Source: Toensbergia leucococca (Eukaryota). Taken from it: DNA of 64,000 nt. Below the pieces are notes generated by a model, which made no database searches, was not told where the DNA came from, and was given only the letters and a program-made list of their open reading frames with translations. Of this stretch, positions 39,299 through 52,413 are shown piece by piece (within the stretch, counting starts at the first letter, position 1; every line of letters begins with the position of its first letter). Both the position numbers and the translations under genes were made by a program. Location: NCBI GenBank assembly GCA_022813965.1, contig JALDZS010000087.1, forward strand, positions 1-64,000, written 5' to 3'.

Positions 39299-41681
39299 GA
39301 AAAACTCTACTTGCGGAGTTTTCCTATGGATGTGATAGGGATGACTGACTAGCTTGTTCTTGTGGCCATTTTTTTTGGCACGCTGGTTTAGGGGGAAGGG
39401 GGGGGATATGTGATAGCTAGAATGGAAGGATTGTGGATATATGGTAGTCATAATTGGGGGGAATTCAGCTAGGTACTCCAAGGATCCGAGGCGCCCGAGG
39501 ATCTGTGCTTGCAGATAAATGGGAAAAGGCGCTGCGATCAGAGGATGAATTACATAGATATTTGTGAGTATCGAATTAATTGGCATATAAGATATGGTTT
39601 CAAATCGTGCTTTTGCGACCGTGGGACTTTTGGTCTATGAGATAGTAATGAGTAGAATGATCCCTATTCTCCCTTCCTCCACCGTATTCACTGTCAAACG
39701 AATCTGCATCAATCAGGATGATGAGGGTGAGTGCTTTACTTGATGGAATATATGTATAATAGGTAGGTCTGTACATAGCCTCTAATTAATGAAAAGCATG
39801 TGAGAGTCATTGAAGCGAATGTGAATTATGAAAATGAAAGATAATGCATGGAATTTCATGCATGTTCTCATATCAGATAGGCTCGATCATAGGATGGTCC
39901 TTCATGAGACACGGTTCTGATTGACTTCGAAACGTCAAGTTTTGACTATAAGTCAGCAGTCTTATATGCTAATAAATTCGGTATGCATTGGGATAGGTGG
40001 GTAGCTGAACAACGAGGGAAGCCAACTAGCTGAGTTTTACGAGGAGCGGGGACCGGAGTCAGGCTTGGCTGAGGGTGTCAGGCTTTGCGCGTATTCATGC
40101 AGCCTCTTTGAAAATCTGGTGCCCCGCATTCTCATACAGCGGTCTTTTTGCCGACGAGGAAATCTTCAGCAACATCGTTCAAGCCGTGGTAGATGGGCGG
40201 CTAACAAGTCAGATAGAGAATCCAGCCACCAATTAGTTGCGCCTACTCTACTAGCGCTGCTCGAGGCTAGGATGTCGAAGTCGGCGATGCGGATCAAGAT
40301 ACCGGCTATCTGAGTTGGGTGGGGTATTCAGCAGATGTGGAGGGAGGTGTAGGAGAGGGTGACGACGATATCCGACAGTATGGATGATCTTTGGAGTTCT
40401 GTAGGCGAGGAATGGGATGTTGTTGTCTTGGATTACGAGGAAAAGGAATAGGACATCTAGATTGGGAGTCCGTGGATCGGATTGTCGAGGGGGTGATAGG
40501 ATGGTCTGGGGAACGAGGTCCTGCACTTCTAGATCTTTGGAAACTAGGCGACTGCAGCCCTTTGAATTCGTGGCGCTAGACGTCCTAGAAACTCTAGATT
40601 CCAATCTCAAAAGACGCAGCAAGGAAAAGGGTTGCAAAACAAGGATAGAAATTCCTTACTGGACGAAGACAAGAGGATAGTGCGCTTCTGCTGATTACTT
40701 TGTGCAGAGGGCTAGAACTTGAAAGAATTCATATTTGGCTGCCTGAAATGTGCGGCACTGTAACGTATACCGCAGCGCATGGCACAATGTAGAGATCCTT
40801 CGTCTTGGAAAGTATGCGAACCAGTTTTTCCAGCTCTCGCTCTCATTGTAGTCGGCTCGAACATTTCTACTTCATGGCTGTGGCTATTTCTGGACAGGCT
40901 ATAAAGCTACACAAGAACAAGTCAAGGCCATCGCTCGCTTGTGCGGTTGTCCCAGTGGCTGTCTGTTTCGCCACAGTGGGCGCTGGGCAGTATTTGGTAG
41001 GGATCGAAGCCTTCGGTGGAGGATTGATGGAGGGAGCGCAAAGACAGCCAAAGTCGCCCAACACCGCCATGATCAAAATTGATTGCAGCGCAAGAAAAAA
41101 AATTGAAAGACATGATGTAGGTAGTCTGGTGAGATAAGCCCTAGCGTACCAGTGTCGAGTCTAGCCAAAAGTCGAATCGACGCCGGAGGGGAAAAGATGG
41201 CAGCCGATTGGTTCTCGAATCCACGATGAACAGCTAAAAAAGCCAATTGCATGCGGGTTGCTTGGGCTGAACTCTAATAGTCCACCAGTGAGGTATTTGT
41301 GCCCTAGTACTGGGGTTCCCATGCCGTCGGGATACGAGCATCAGTGTTCTGACAGCGAGCCCACACCCCTCCCATTTCCTGCAACGAGGGAAACATTAGC
41401 TTATCAGTAGAACAGAATCGATGCGCAAAGTAAGGTATGAGTCTATGTATTGCTTCGATTATCGAATTAATGAATAGTGACATGATCTCGTGTAATCGTG
41501 TAGTCGAGCCCTTTTTCCCAAAGTCCCGCTCTAGGAAAACGCAACCTCGCATCTGATACGCCCTGAATATATCTTGTGTGTGCAAGGTCCAAGTCCCATC
41601 CCAAAAAACAGTGTACGAAAAGATGGTTGTAGATAGAAATCAAAGAAAAGCCTATGTAGTCAATCGGCAATATTGTGCATT

Positions 41682-42433
41682 CTAGTTAGCAGCGATGGCA
41701 GTGCTCTTCCTGAAGCTGAATCGCTTCCGTTTCGGTTGAATGGGTGTCACCACGACTGAGGGTTGCTTCTGTAGGGGTGGTATCGGCGCAACAGCAAGCA
41801 GAGGAGCCTCGCCAACTTTGCGTTGGGGATATGGTTGAGAGGTACGGTGGGAAGCTCTCATCCCGTGGTCGCGGCCCGGTAATTCAAGGAGCTCTAACGT
41901 GAAATGTTAGAATTAGAGTATCATAAAAGTCTGACGAGAGAGAGGGTAAGTCATACGAGACGATGAAGAGGACGTCGACGAGGTAGCTGATCCACTCGGA
42001 GAGACAGCTGCAAAGTGAGTTAGTAAAGAGCCGATTTTACTGCGAATGATTCAGAAGACATACGTTTACTAGCAAGAGGACTGGAAATGTGGACTGGGCT
42101 GGGACCCATGTACGATCTCCTTGACTCAAGCCTGTTAGGGAGCAATCCAGCAGCGGAACTATGAAAGCCACCATTTCCACTGAATTGGGTAGAGTACGAG
42201 AGACCGCTATCATTCCTGCTCATCATGCTTCGTCGTTTATGGGCTGCTCTGATTGCATCTCTATTCTCCTCGGTATCTCTGTTTGGTGCTCCCATCATTG
42301 CATCCGAAGCGGCATGTGTTGGGACATGTCTGTATGGGATAGGCTTGTTCTCAATCTCTTTTTCGAGGATCTTTGCGTCCTTGTGGTCATTGGCAGCCTT
42401 CTTTGCGCTCTTGATCTTGGAGAAGAGAGCCAT
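41682..42433 (-). CDS. Conserved-looking fungal hypothetical protein, Ser/Arg-rich, 3 exons
   Basis: MALFSKIKSAKKAA...PYRHVPTHAASDA...HKRRS; introns GTATGT...CTAAC...CAG and GTATGA...CTAAC...TAG give an open frame to KRFSFRKSTAIAAN*. Confidence 0.72.
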
Positions 42434-45400
42434 TGCAGTTGTAGCGACAGGAAGTTTTGGTTGAGGTGGGTTTGGGATGTGGATCGATTGTAGGATACTA
42501 TGATGATCTGTGATTGTGGTGATGGTGTCGATTTAGGAAAGTGGAGACTTGAAGGAGGACTGGAGGATGTATTTGTAGGAGTAGATTCAGATGCCGTCTT
42601 CAGCTAAAGAGGGGAAGGCTGGCAACGGGAAGAAGTATGCAGCAGTGCCACACTCGTCGAAACGTGGACAATAGACTATGAATGTGTGTCCAAGGTTGAG
42701 GTTGTGGACTCAGGTGAAGAAGGTCAGTGATGGTAGTGGAAGAAGGGTAAAACGAAAGACAGTTCGCAATGGAGCATGGGGAGAAGAGTATTAACCGTGG
42801 TCAGGGTAAAACAGGAACAGCCCAGGTAATAGAGTAGAATAATCTATTAATCACCGCCATGCCTTATCACCAAATCTTGGCTGCCTCCTGCCTAGACTGT
42901 GGATCCCGGGTGTGCCGCGCGATAGGATTCCCAACAATAGAACATTAGCAGCAAGCGTTCGACTGGTCCGAGAGTACTAGCTCACCAGCTATTGCGCCTT
43001 GCAGCCGCTTTCGGAAAAGTTGGGCCATGTATGTGAGGGAGTCAGGTATTGGAACTTGCCAAGGTTCACTCTGATGCGTTGGTGCCTGTCCTGAATGAGA
43101 CATGCGCTGACGCTGTACCAAGATATTCAGATGTCCAAATATTCTAGCCAGGTAGATACCACCTAGAATATGGGGGCCAGAAGTGCATGCATCAAGCCAA
43201 TTTCACATGACATCGCCCCCAATCAACCCCCATTCTGATGCAGCATGGCGTAACACGTGTGTCGCATGTCCGATGGAATCCCTACCTCCAAATCTGAGGA
43301 CAAGAAAGTCGTTAAAATACCGTTCCACTCAAGAAGAAGCTGCCATTTCTGGGAGCATTGGCTGTCAGGCCACTAGAATATCCATAGCCACCAGAAATGA
43401 CCGGCTCTTTGAGCATCGGATAATTGTGTGTTAGTTGCTAGAATAGAATAGACGCCAACCGAAAACATTTATCCCATTTTGACACTTGACAGGTAACACC
43501 CGCTGTTCGAAACATTCGACATCTCGTCCCCTTGTTTGCCCACGTCACAGCCTAGAAGCCCGAAAACTTGGTTCATCCGGCCATGCGAGCCCAGTCGCCA
43601 CGAGATTTAGCCAAGATTGGTACACTAAAACCTCAAGGGCTTTTCACAAGAAACTCTTTTCGCATCTGGTAATCACAGTGCATTCGATTCAGTTCGCGTG
43701 GACGCCACGGTTTGGAGGCTGCAGCCACGCGCGACCGAATCCTGACTGTCAGCCTCGACTTGCTCCTAATTCTCGTCTCTTCTTGCCAACACATCACATC
43801 ACCTGATCACATCAAGCGCCAATTCTTCCTCCAGTCTGTCCCTTGATCGCCTTAAAACTTTTTACTCTAAGCCTTGATTCTCGTGAGCATTCTATTTATT
43901 GGAGTCGTCTTATCTGTCTATGATAGGGGAAGTCAACTTTCACGAAAGCTTGTTGCTGGGTTTCAATTCATGATGCTCAATGACAGAGCGAAGTTGAAAG
44001 CTTTCGATGGAGACGCTGCTTGTAGTTGTTCACGAAACAGAGAAGTCAAAATGTCACGACGCAGCCATTATTGCACCAGCCATAAGCATTGAGCGCAAAG
44101 ATATGTGAGGTCCCAGACTAGTGATATGTTCAGGGCTAGTCTTTGGAGACACATATGCGCGATTGCAATACCATAGGCCGTAATCGAGAGATAAGAGATC
44201 GAAAAGTGAATATGCAGGATCAGGGTGAGGAATGCTGCTTGAAGACGCTTGTGTGCAACGTTGTAAGATTGAAGAAGAGAAGCCGAGAGATGATAACCTA
44301 GTAAGAGGAATAGCGAGATCTATGATGGACCCCAAAGAAGCTGCTCTGAGGAAACATACGTTTATTGAAAGAGAAGGCAACTGATGAGTCTTAATTTGAA
44401 AAAAGAATTTCTATTGGTGCTGTTACATGAAGACGCCTCTCTGATACATTCCAAAAGCGAGCATCAAGGACTGATAGATATATTCAAGTCTCTGACTCCT
44501 TTCCCAGAACCTCTGTTTCATACTCTCACTATTCTCGGACCCATTGCTAACTCACACGCCAGCTTGAGAATTTGATTTTGTCATATAGCTTATCTGAGTC
44601 ATCCGAGTATCTGTACGCTTGAACAATATGTGATGTGACAGTGGCGAAAGGGGTTAACAGTGTGGAGAGAGAAAAGATAGGAAAAGAGGTGAAATAGGGG
44701 AGTAAAAGATTGATAGAAGAGCAACTGCCGCAAAGTGAAATGCATAATCCCTCAAATCAATTGATACTTTTGACTATAAAGACCTTCTACGAGCGTTTAC
44801 AGTTGGTGGATTCTAACAAACTTCCCAATGAGAGTAGGTTTTCAAGAAAAAGAAATCAAAGCTAGAACAATCATCAAGGTAGGACTTTGTACACTTCTGT
44901 CACCATTGATTCGCAGCTCGGCTTTTCGGACGTGTATTGATATGCCGATTTCATCGATTCCAAATTGTACTCATTTCATACACAACTGGGTATCAGAATA
45001 ACGGAGACAGATATGCATACACACCCGTAGATCCACGGGAGGGTCATTTAATTGAGGCGGCTCTCCCTCCCAGTCCAAACCGCGATTATCATCTACAAAT
45101 GTTTCAAGGAATCGAAAGTAAGGCTAGAATGACTGAAAGGTAAGTAAGACAATTGGACAGTACAAACCTCGTAATGCTAGAGAATCTTGATACCTAACTT
45201 AGAAAGGGAGGCTGAAGTCCGACTAGAATTCGTCCTTGATAACTACGTGTGATATCAATCTTTGACAGGATCCAACAACGGTCATAAATGCTTCGGCGAT
45301 TTTATCCGGTTTATTCATGCGTGATGAGATAGGAAGATAGTAGCTTTGAATTACCAATTGATACAAGTTGGATTGTACTGTGGATATGAGAGGTCGTTGT

Positions 45401-46224
45401 GCTCAGCCAAGCTTTGATGATGAGGCCTGCCTCTTAGACCGAGGACAGTCTGCCGATCTTTTGGCGATTGCCGTTAAACAAAGTAAAGTAGCTGGAGCGC
45501 TACTCTATCATTATACTGGCGCTATCATCGGTACCTCGGCGAGCGGTACTCAATGATGTGCGTCAATTCCATTATCAGACCCACCACCGAGTCCTACCGT
45601 TCACGTCATGAGTATTGGCTTCTCCTTGGATGTTTGAGATAACCGTAGAATTCTCGATCATAGACCACTAGAGTATCGAAGTTAACAAGAATCATGAACG
45701 CTTCCAAAGCATCGTTGGCGATAGCGCTCTCCCGCTGGAATAGAGCATCCGTAGAATGTGACGGCTTTCGAAGCCATCAATAATGTGACATGGCCAGATG
45801 AAGACATCACGAGTAGGGGCCAATGAATGGTGGTTGTTCTATCCGTGGTATCCCTGCTTTCCCGTAATTGCGATCCTCTGATAGGGTTAGTGTCTTGATA
45901 AATCCCAAGTCACTACCAACATCACCTTTCCTCTTGCACACCTTGGACGAGGTACTTTAACATCACTTGGATGCTTGCGACCGCGAGCCGCGAGCCGTGA
46001 GAGAGCCACAGTCGAATGCCTTCATTTAATCGGTGATAGTGAAGGGGACTGTTGAGTTACGTAGAGTGGATACCTTTATCTTGCCGGCGCTTCGGTTTCA
46101 ATCTTGATTCATTGATCGCTGTCCTCAATCGTCTTTGAAGAGTACAAGTCGCGAAGAGGAGTCCCTTCGATTCCCGACAAGACTCGCTCAGCCAACATCC
46201 CAAACTTCTCTGCTATCGTCCACA

Positions 46225-48005
46225 ATGGCGGGCGTCATCATCGCAGTGGCCACGACCCGAGGCTTTCTAAACCTCCTCCTGGTCCTGTTATCCTTCAACT
46301 TCACAAGGATCAATGCTCTCACTATTGAATATTGCTCGAGCCAAAATACAGGTTCTAGCTTCAGTGAAGGTGACATTTGAAGCTGGGTCATTAATTTACG
46401 TGCATTCTTACTAAATCTTATCCTTCAGTAACGGACCACTACCAATCGAACGGTCTATGCTTCGATACCTGCAAAGCTCAGTATGCTTTCGCCATTGTCC
46501 AAGGCAACGGATGCTGGTGTTCCGACTATATCCCAGCCGATACAACGTCGACGAGCTCATGCAATGAAGATTGCCCAGGCTTTCCTTCGGACAAGTGTGG
46601 CTCTCCATCGGCGGGATTGTATGGATACATTGCCTTAAGTATCAGTCCGTCTGGTACAGCAGCTGGATCCAGCAGTGCAGCGGCAAGCAGCAGCCCAAGT
46701 AGTACTTCAGTGGAGAGTATCCAGGCGGTTAGTAATCATTCCTCAGCAGGAGCAAATTTCAGCTCTTTCCTACCTTCAACCACGGCGTTATTTCCTACAT
46801 CCAGTAATTTCTTCTTACAGCCATCGGCTGCACCTTTTCTTGGACCTCCAACCTCCCAACCTCCCTTTCCTTCTACGGCCACAGTTACGGTCATCTCTTC
46901 GGTGACACCCTTTTTGACATCTTTTGTACAGAGCTCTTTGGCCACCCCGAGCCCTGTAACTGTTCTGGAAACAGTCACAGCCTCGCCGTCGGTTCAGACT
47001 TCTACTATTTCTGTAGTACGCTTTGACCCCTCTCCACTAACGTCGACTTTCTAAGAAGAACCCATTCAAGTACTATAAGTTTCATTCAATTCTGGGTGCT
47101 AACCATCTCTACTTAGACGCCGTCTACGACAATCCCTCAAACCAGCTCCACCACAGATTCAACCACATCCGTGACGCCCTCAACTACGGATGATACCCAA
47201 TCCGCATCACAAACATGGCAACAATCCACATATTCTACATCTGCAACTTTTACATCGTCGACGCCATCTTCCAGACCATCTTCCACACCATCCTCCGCGC
47301 CATCTTCAACTCAATCCACAACTATCACTCCTAGTCTTGCTCCTACTGTAGCGGCCGCAGTCTCTTCCTGGTCTCCAATACCAGTAACATCTGTGATTAC
47401 TGTCACTGGAGTCCTTCGAACTTTGACCATTACACCGTCCTCACCTCCAACATCAAAGGCTTTACCGGATAGCAATTCCAATGGATTTTTCACATATACC
47501 GGGAAAGTAGCAGGTCTGTTCGTTGGTGTGGCTTTGATCATCCTTACCATAGCAGGCGTTCTTCTCTGGTCATTTTATCGCCGTAAACGTAACGCCCAGG
47601 CTTTCGCTGCTTCGAACGCAGGTGATCAAACACCTCAACGCCGACCAAGTCGACTTAGTCAAATGGGTCTTATGAGCGGGAGCCAGCGACCTCTCGGCGA
47701 GAAATCTGTCCCTAGTCTACAAACTAGCGGCTGGGGACCAACCAATGGTGGCGACGGGAGTGTAGACGACACAACCACACCTATCGATTCAAGAACCAGT
47801 TATCCTCGTGTAGTCGATCAGAGACTCAACCCGGTTGCGTTGTGGAACCCATTACACGATAATGGTAGTCACGTTAGCGTAAGGAGTTTTCAAGACGATC
47901 AGGATTACTCCAGGCGTATGCTGCGCGTAAGTCCCCACCAAGGAACGTGTTCCCTATTTCCGATAGCTGAACAAGTTCCCTCAGGTTGCAAACCCCGACG
48001 AATAG
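46225..48005 (+). CDS. WSC-domain cell-wall integrity sensor (Wsc1/Slg1-like), 4 exons
   Basis: Signal peptide, YCSSQNTG...YQSNGLCFDTC...AIVQGNGCWCSDY...CPGFPSDKCG WSC domain, long Ser/Thr stalk, one TM, cytosolic tail ending LRVANPDE. Confidence 0.9.
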
Positions 48006-49572
48006 GTCCCCAATCGATATACTTTGTGACCCTTCCATATCTCGAGAGCCATTCTATCATCTCACTGGATAGTATTTCCTGGCCTCATGAGCACAATCGC
48101 ATTCCTACTCTTCCGCTTTTCAATTCAAATCGATGTTAAATCTGCTCAGGCTTGCACCACGTCATTATCTGTGGATGGCAAAGCCCCATTATTAATGTGC
48201 TCGTTATGGCTTAGGTTTTGCCTCCGAGTCTAGACTTGTTCAGCATGCCTTCATTGAAGGTCTCTATGGCGTTTGCTGTTATGGATACCTCGGGTCGAGT
48301 TTCACGACCGTCTTTCTTTTTCAATGTAACAATACTATCTTGACGGGCACATGAGTTCTGTACGCTTCCCGGGTTTTCTTGTACATGCTCGGGTGGCCTG
48401 TCACCTGCTCACGTTTTCACGGCCGGGATAGGGCGACGTTAGGGTCACGGAGGGCATTGGTGTATCGAAGGTGCACATAATCATAGTCGATACGAATATA
48501 AAGCACAGGCAGAATTCACATTCAGCATTCCTCGGGTCGCAAAGTCGCTGCTAACACCATGTGTCTCAGGCAGGATTCCGATGACATAGGACTCGGTGTC
48601 TGGGAACGAGACTAATCATCTTTGAAGTCTAGCTCGGAAGTACAATATCTATCGAGCACGGCTGCCATGTGCACTAGAGCAAAAGGTAACCAAATACACT
48701 GGATAGATGTGGAGCTTAGAGGGTCAAAGCGACAGGACCTTTTGACCCCAAGCAGAGAATGCGCCCACAAGGAACCGTGCACTGGGTTCAAGAAGGGGAA
48801 GGGGAAGCTTCCACATCATGGTCTGCTCAGGGGCGGTGGTTAAGGAGGTTTAGCGCGAAAGGTTGATGTCGCGATGCCAGTGCTGTCATAGTCGACGAGG
48901 GTTAAATAGAGGGGCGTTGCTATGACTTATCAGAAATGGCACGACGTGGTACGAATCCACCGTTTATCGAAGCTTTCTAAAGGTGGGGGATGACGACGGA
49001 TAGTGGACGGAACTCTTCGCCTTTATAGGTAAAGCGGTCGTACGAATGACCCTTTCGGGCTAAGAGTCCCCGGGTGGGTGCATGTTTGTGCGTAGACGAC
49101 TGCAAGGCAAATGTGTATATTATGTTATGCATATTCGCCATTATTCAGGATGGAACGTCTGGATCATGATTTTACGAGGTTCCTAATTCACTTTTCCGGG
49201 TCACTTTGGGGGCGGCATTTTGTGCATTATCAAGTTGCATTGTTACAGGACGAGGAAAAGGAAACAAAAAAGACAAAAAAGACGAAAAAGGATCTGCCTT
49301 GTACAGCAGGGCCAGCCCTAACTAAGCTTTCCATCGAAGGATGAGGAAGAGGAACGACGCAGCATCGCAGCATACAAATACAAATAAGGTCATCGGCATT
49401 TAGGGCAAAGGAAGGAAGGAAGGAAGCTGAGCTGACGAGCATCGGTGAAGTGGTGAAGCGAATGCCGTGCTTCACTTGGGCTCATTCACTTCACCATTAA
49501 TACCGGATTCATTGCTTTTGACCCGGCTATTTACATTACTCTTACCTGTCCACTTTCCTTATCGTTACAAGT

Positions 49573-49619
49573 CCTGTTCCTGTTCCAGTTCCAGTTCCTG
49601 CTCCTGCTCCTGCTCCTGT
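49573..49619 (+). repeat. Degenerate hexamer tandem (CCTGTT/CCAGTT/CCTGCT) immediately upstream of the DUF3445 ATG
   Basis: Direct read, about 8 units. Confidence 0.8.
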
Positions 49620-49630
49620 GCAACCACACA

Positions 49631-51274
49631 ATGCTGTCATATGGCCTTCCTGTCTTTGGCCAGTGTGTCATCGTTGCCGCTATCCTCACCTGCCTTGCAG
49701 TTCTTGTCTTGAATAAAAGCCAACGACAAATCTTATTTACCTGGGTTCTGCTACCTCCAAGAGGACGTCGTATCGAAACTTCAAAGACACCTCCTCGATC
49801 TTTGTCTCCAGAAAAGAAGGTCCCCAATAATGGTCCGCCCACAGTGCCATACAAGGATACCTATCCTCCCTCTCGTCGTGGAGCTTTAGCCAACGTTGCG
49901 AAACAATTATCTTTGGCTCAAAGAGAGAAGCTTGCTGGCCGTGACGTTGACCAGATTGAATTCAAGAAATGCATAATACCTTTCACTGCCGATTATCGAG
50001 AATGTGGTTCAACCTACACTCCTATGGAACTCTCAATCGACGAGATCAAGGCCCTAGGCGATTTCCCAGACTATGCTGAGCTTTGCGGTGTACCATTACC
50101 CGAGGCATACAAGGAGTTTAACATCGAAACGGCACTTCCAAGACCCTACAGACCTTTCCGTTGGGCCTATCATCAGACAATGGGTAAACACCACCTTTCA
50201 TCTTCTATCTATCAACTACGCTGACCAGCCTCCTAGCTCTTACAAAGCTCGAGCCAGACTGGTGGCTGGAGGTTGAAAACATGTACATTTCCCGCATAGC
50301 CGAACGCAAACGACTCTACCTCGAACACGGTAAACTCGTCCTCAATTATCTCCCCGGCAGCGAACTCGCCTGCAAAGAACTCATGGAAATGGCCCTCCAA
50401 TTCCTTTGTGCCCGCTACCCGCACTACTTTTCTCTCTCTAATTTGCCATCAAAAGGCTACGTCTTCCACAACGGCATTCTTGAAACCGATACCGTAATCA
50501 ACACCATGCATCCCCTCCTCGTTCTTCTGGAAAACGTTCCGGAAGACTTTGCCATTGTCCTCCGTAATCCCGAAGACGGCTGCTACTACTTCCGCGCCGG
50601 CGTCATTTGCTCCTCCCTAGGTTGGAGCGTCGACACGAAAATCGGGCTCCAGCTCAAAGACGTCCACGCTCCCATACCAGACTACAAAGAAAAGATGGAA
50701 TTTTCCATGGACCGGTAAAGCCCCCTTTCCCTATTTTGAAAGAGTCTCCCACCATCCACTTTCCAAGCTGATCTCCTCTCCTTTGCTCAACAGCTACTTC
50801 TCCAAACTCCCAACGGAACGCCCCATTCAGCGTGGTTCCTGGGGCCTCGAAGTCGACACCCCCCTTTTCATGCCGCCCAACGACCCACACGAAGCCTACC
50901 GGTCATCTCAAGACCCTGACCTCTCGCTCTCCCGCATCCACCTACGCACAGACTGGCAAACCCTACGCCGGCTCCCGCTCAGCGGTGCCATCGTCTTCAA
51001 TTTTAAAGCCCTTTTCACGCCCATCGTAGAGTTCAGAGACGAACCTTACGTACCGGCTTTGTGTGGGAAGGTTTTGCGCGAGGGCAAGAGGAGTATGATG
51101 CAATACAAGAACACGTGGCATGTGGAGCATGTGGCTGTGCCGGCGTTGGCAGAATGGGAACGAGAGCAGGTTGAGCGGGGCATAGTGCCCGAGGGATGGG
51201 ATGTTAGGACCCTGGAGGAGAGTCCGTGGTTTCCCGGGTGGGCAGAGAAGTGGCATCGGCAGCAGGGGTTTTGA
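49631..51274 (+). CDS. DUF3445 / heme-dependent oxidative N-demethylase alpha-subunit-like protein, 3 exons
   Basis: DFPDYAELCGVPLP, PRPYRPFRWAYHQTM, ENVPEDF, VHAPIPDY, IQRGSW, RTDWQTLRRLPLSGAIVF. Confidence 0.85.
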
Positions 51275-51533
51275 CTTTTGTTTGTAATTTTTTTCTTGGC
51301 GTTGGAATTGCATGGGTTCGATGGCTAGGGCATGTTTTTACCAATGATACAAGATTGGTGATTTACCCCGAGTGGGGTTAGACTAATATGACGAAGGGAT
51401 GAGCAAACATCTAGGAGACGTCATCAGGGAAGGGCAAAATTGAGAAGGCTGCTTTGGCTAGGCTTTTGCATGAGTTATGGGAATGGGAATGAAGGCATGT
51501 CTTACATAGCTTAAGAGGCAGATACAGTACTCG

Positions 51534-52101
51534 GACTTTTTTGCCAAGGAAATAAAACAAGGAGATCAATGTGTTTTTACTGTATTTGATTTGTTCCTGT
51601 TAAATTTTTGTACAGATGATCTTCTTTTTTGAATTGAGAGCTAACTTGTATTTAAAAGATTTTTAAACAAGATTTTTTTTTACAAATCTGAATGTGTAAG
51701 TCAGATTTGAGTCTGCAGTGAGTAACAGTTGTAAAGAAATTGTTAGAGAGTTTATTGATTGTTTATGTTATTGTGACTGTGTGCAGTGGGATTTTTAAGC
51801 TGATAGAATAAGAGAGATGAAGAAATATGAAGAAATAGAGGTTTTAAGTTATTGTTGTTGTTTTTGTTTTTAGTGAGGGTGATTAGGAGTGAGAGTGAGA
51901 GAGAGAGAAGAGAAGAAAAGTGAGTGTTTTAGATAGAGAGTTGTACTGATGATGATGATAATGATAATGATAATAATGATGATGATAATGATAAAGACTG
52001 TCAAGAGAGAGTAAGAGAAGATGAGTTTCACATAAGAGGTTTTTAAAGCTGAGAGGGTGAGTGATTATGACAGAAGGGGAAAGTAAGTAGGGAGGCAGCT
52101 A
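51534..52101. repeat. AT-rich, CpG-free patch containing a GAT/AAT microsatellite; probable decayed repeat
   Basis: About 570 bp without CG; (GAT/AAT)n at about 51948-51993; GA-rich tract. Confidence 0.5.
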
Positions 52102-52413
52102 CGTAGGTAGGGAGTGCATTCAAAAAAAAAAGAACGCTCACATCACAAACCCCCACCCACCTCCCTTAAAACAAAGGTCACAAATTCACTCCATCACAAA
52201 CGATCCCATGAGAAACAACCTCAGCTCTCACATCTCAGTGAGAAAAAGGGGCAAAATAAAGAGTTTTTCAATTTGTCTCTCTGCAAAAAAACAAAACAAA
52301 AAGCGTCTTGATCACATACATTTGACTCATCAGAACCCGCCATCAATCTACCATTTACAAATATAGAACCCGGGGGGGGGGCAATGGAACAAAAAGCCAG
52401 AAAAAAATTTCCC

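Noticed and set aside
43800..45600. Short ORFs in the intergenic region upstream of the WSC gene
   Set aside because: Could not assemble a coherent spliced model or recognise motifs
45880..45892. CTAACCCTA on the minus strand in the long 42.4-46.2 kb intergenic region, a possible telomerase template
   Set aside because: A 9-mer is expected by chance and I could not identify a pseudoknot or CR4/5; a covariance-model search would be needed
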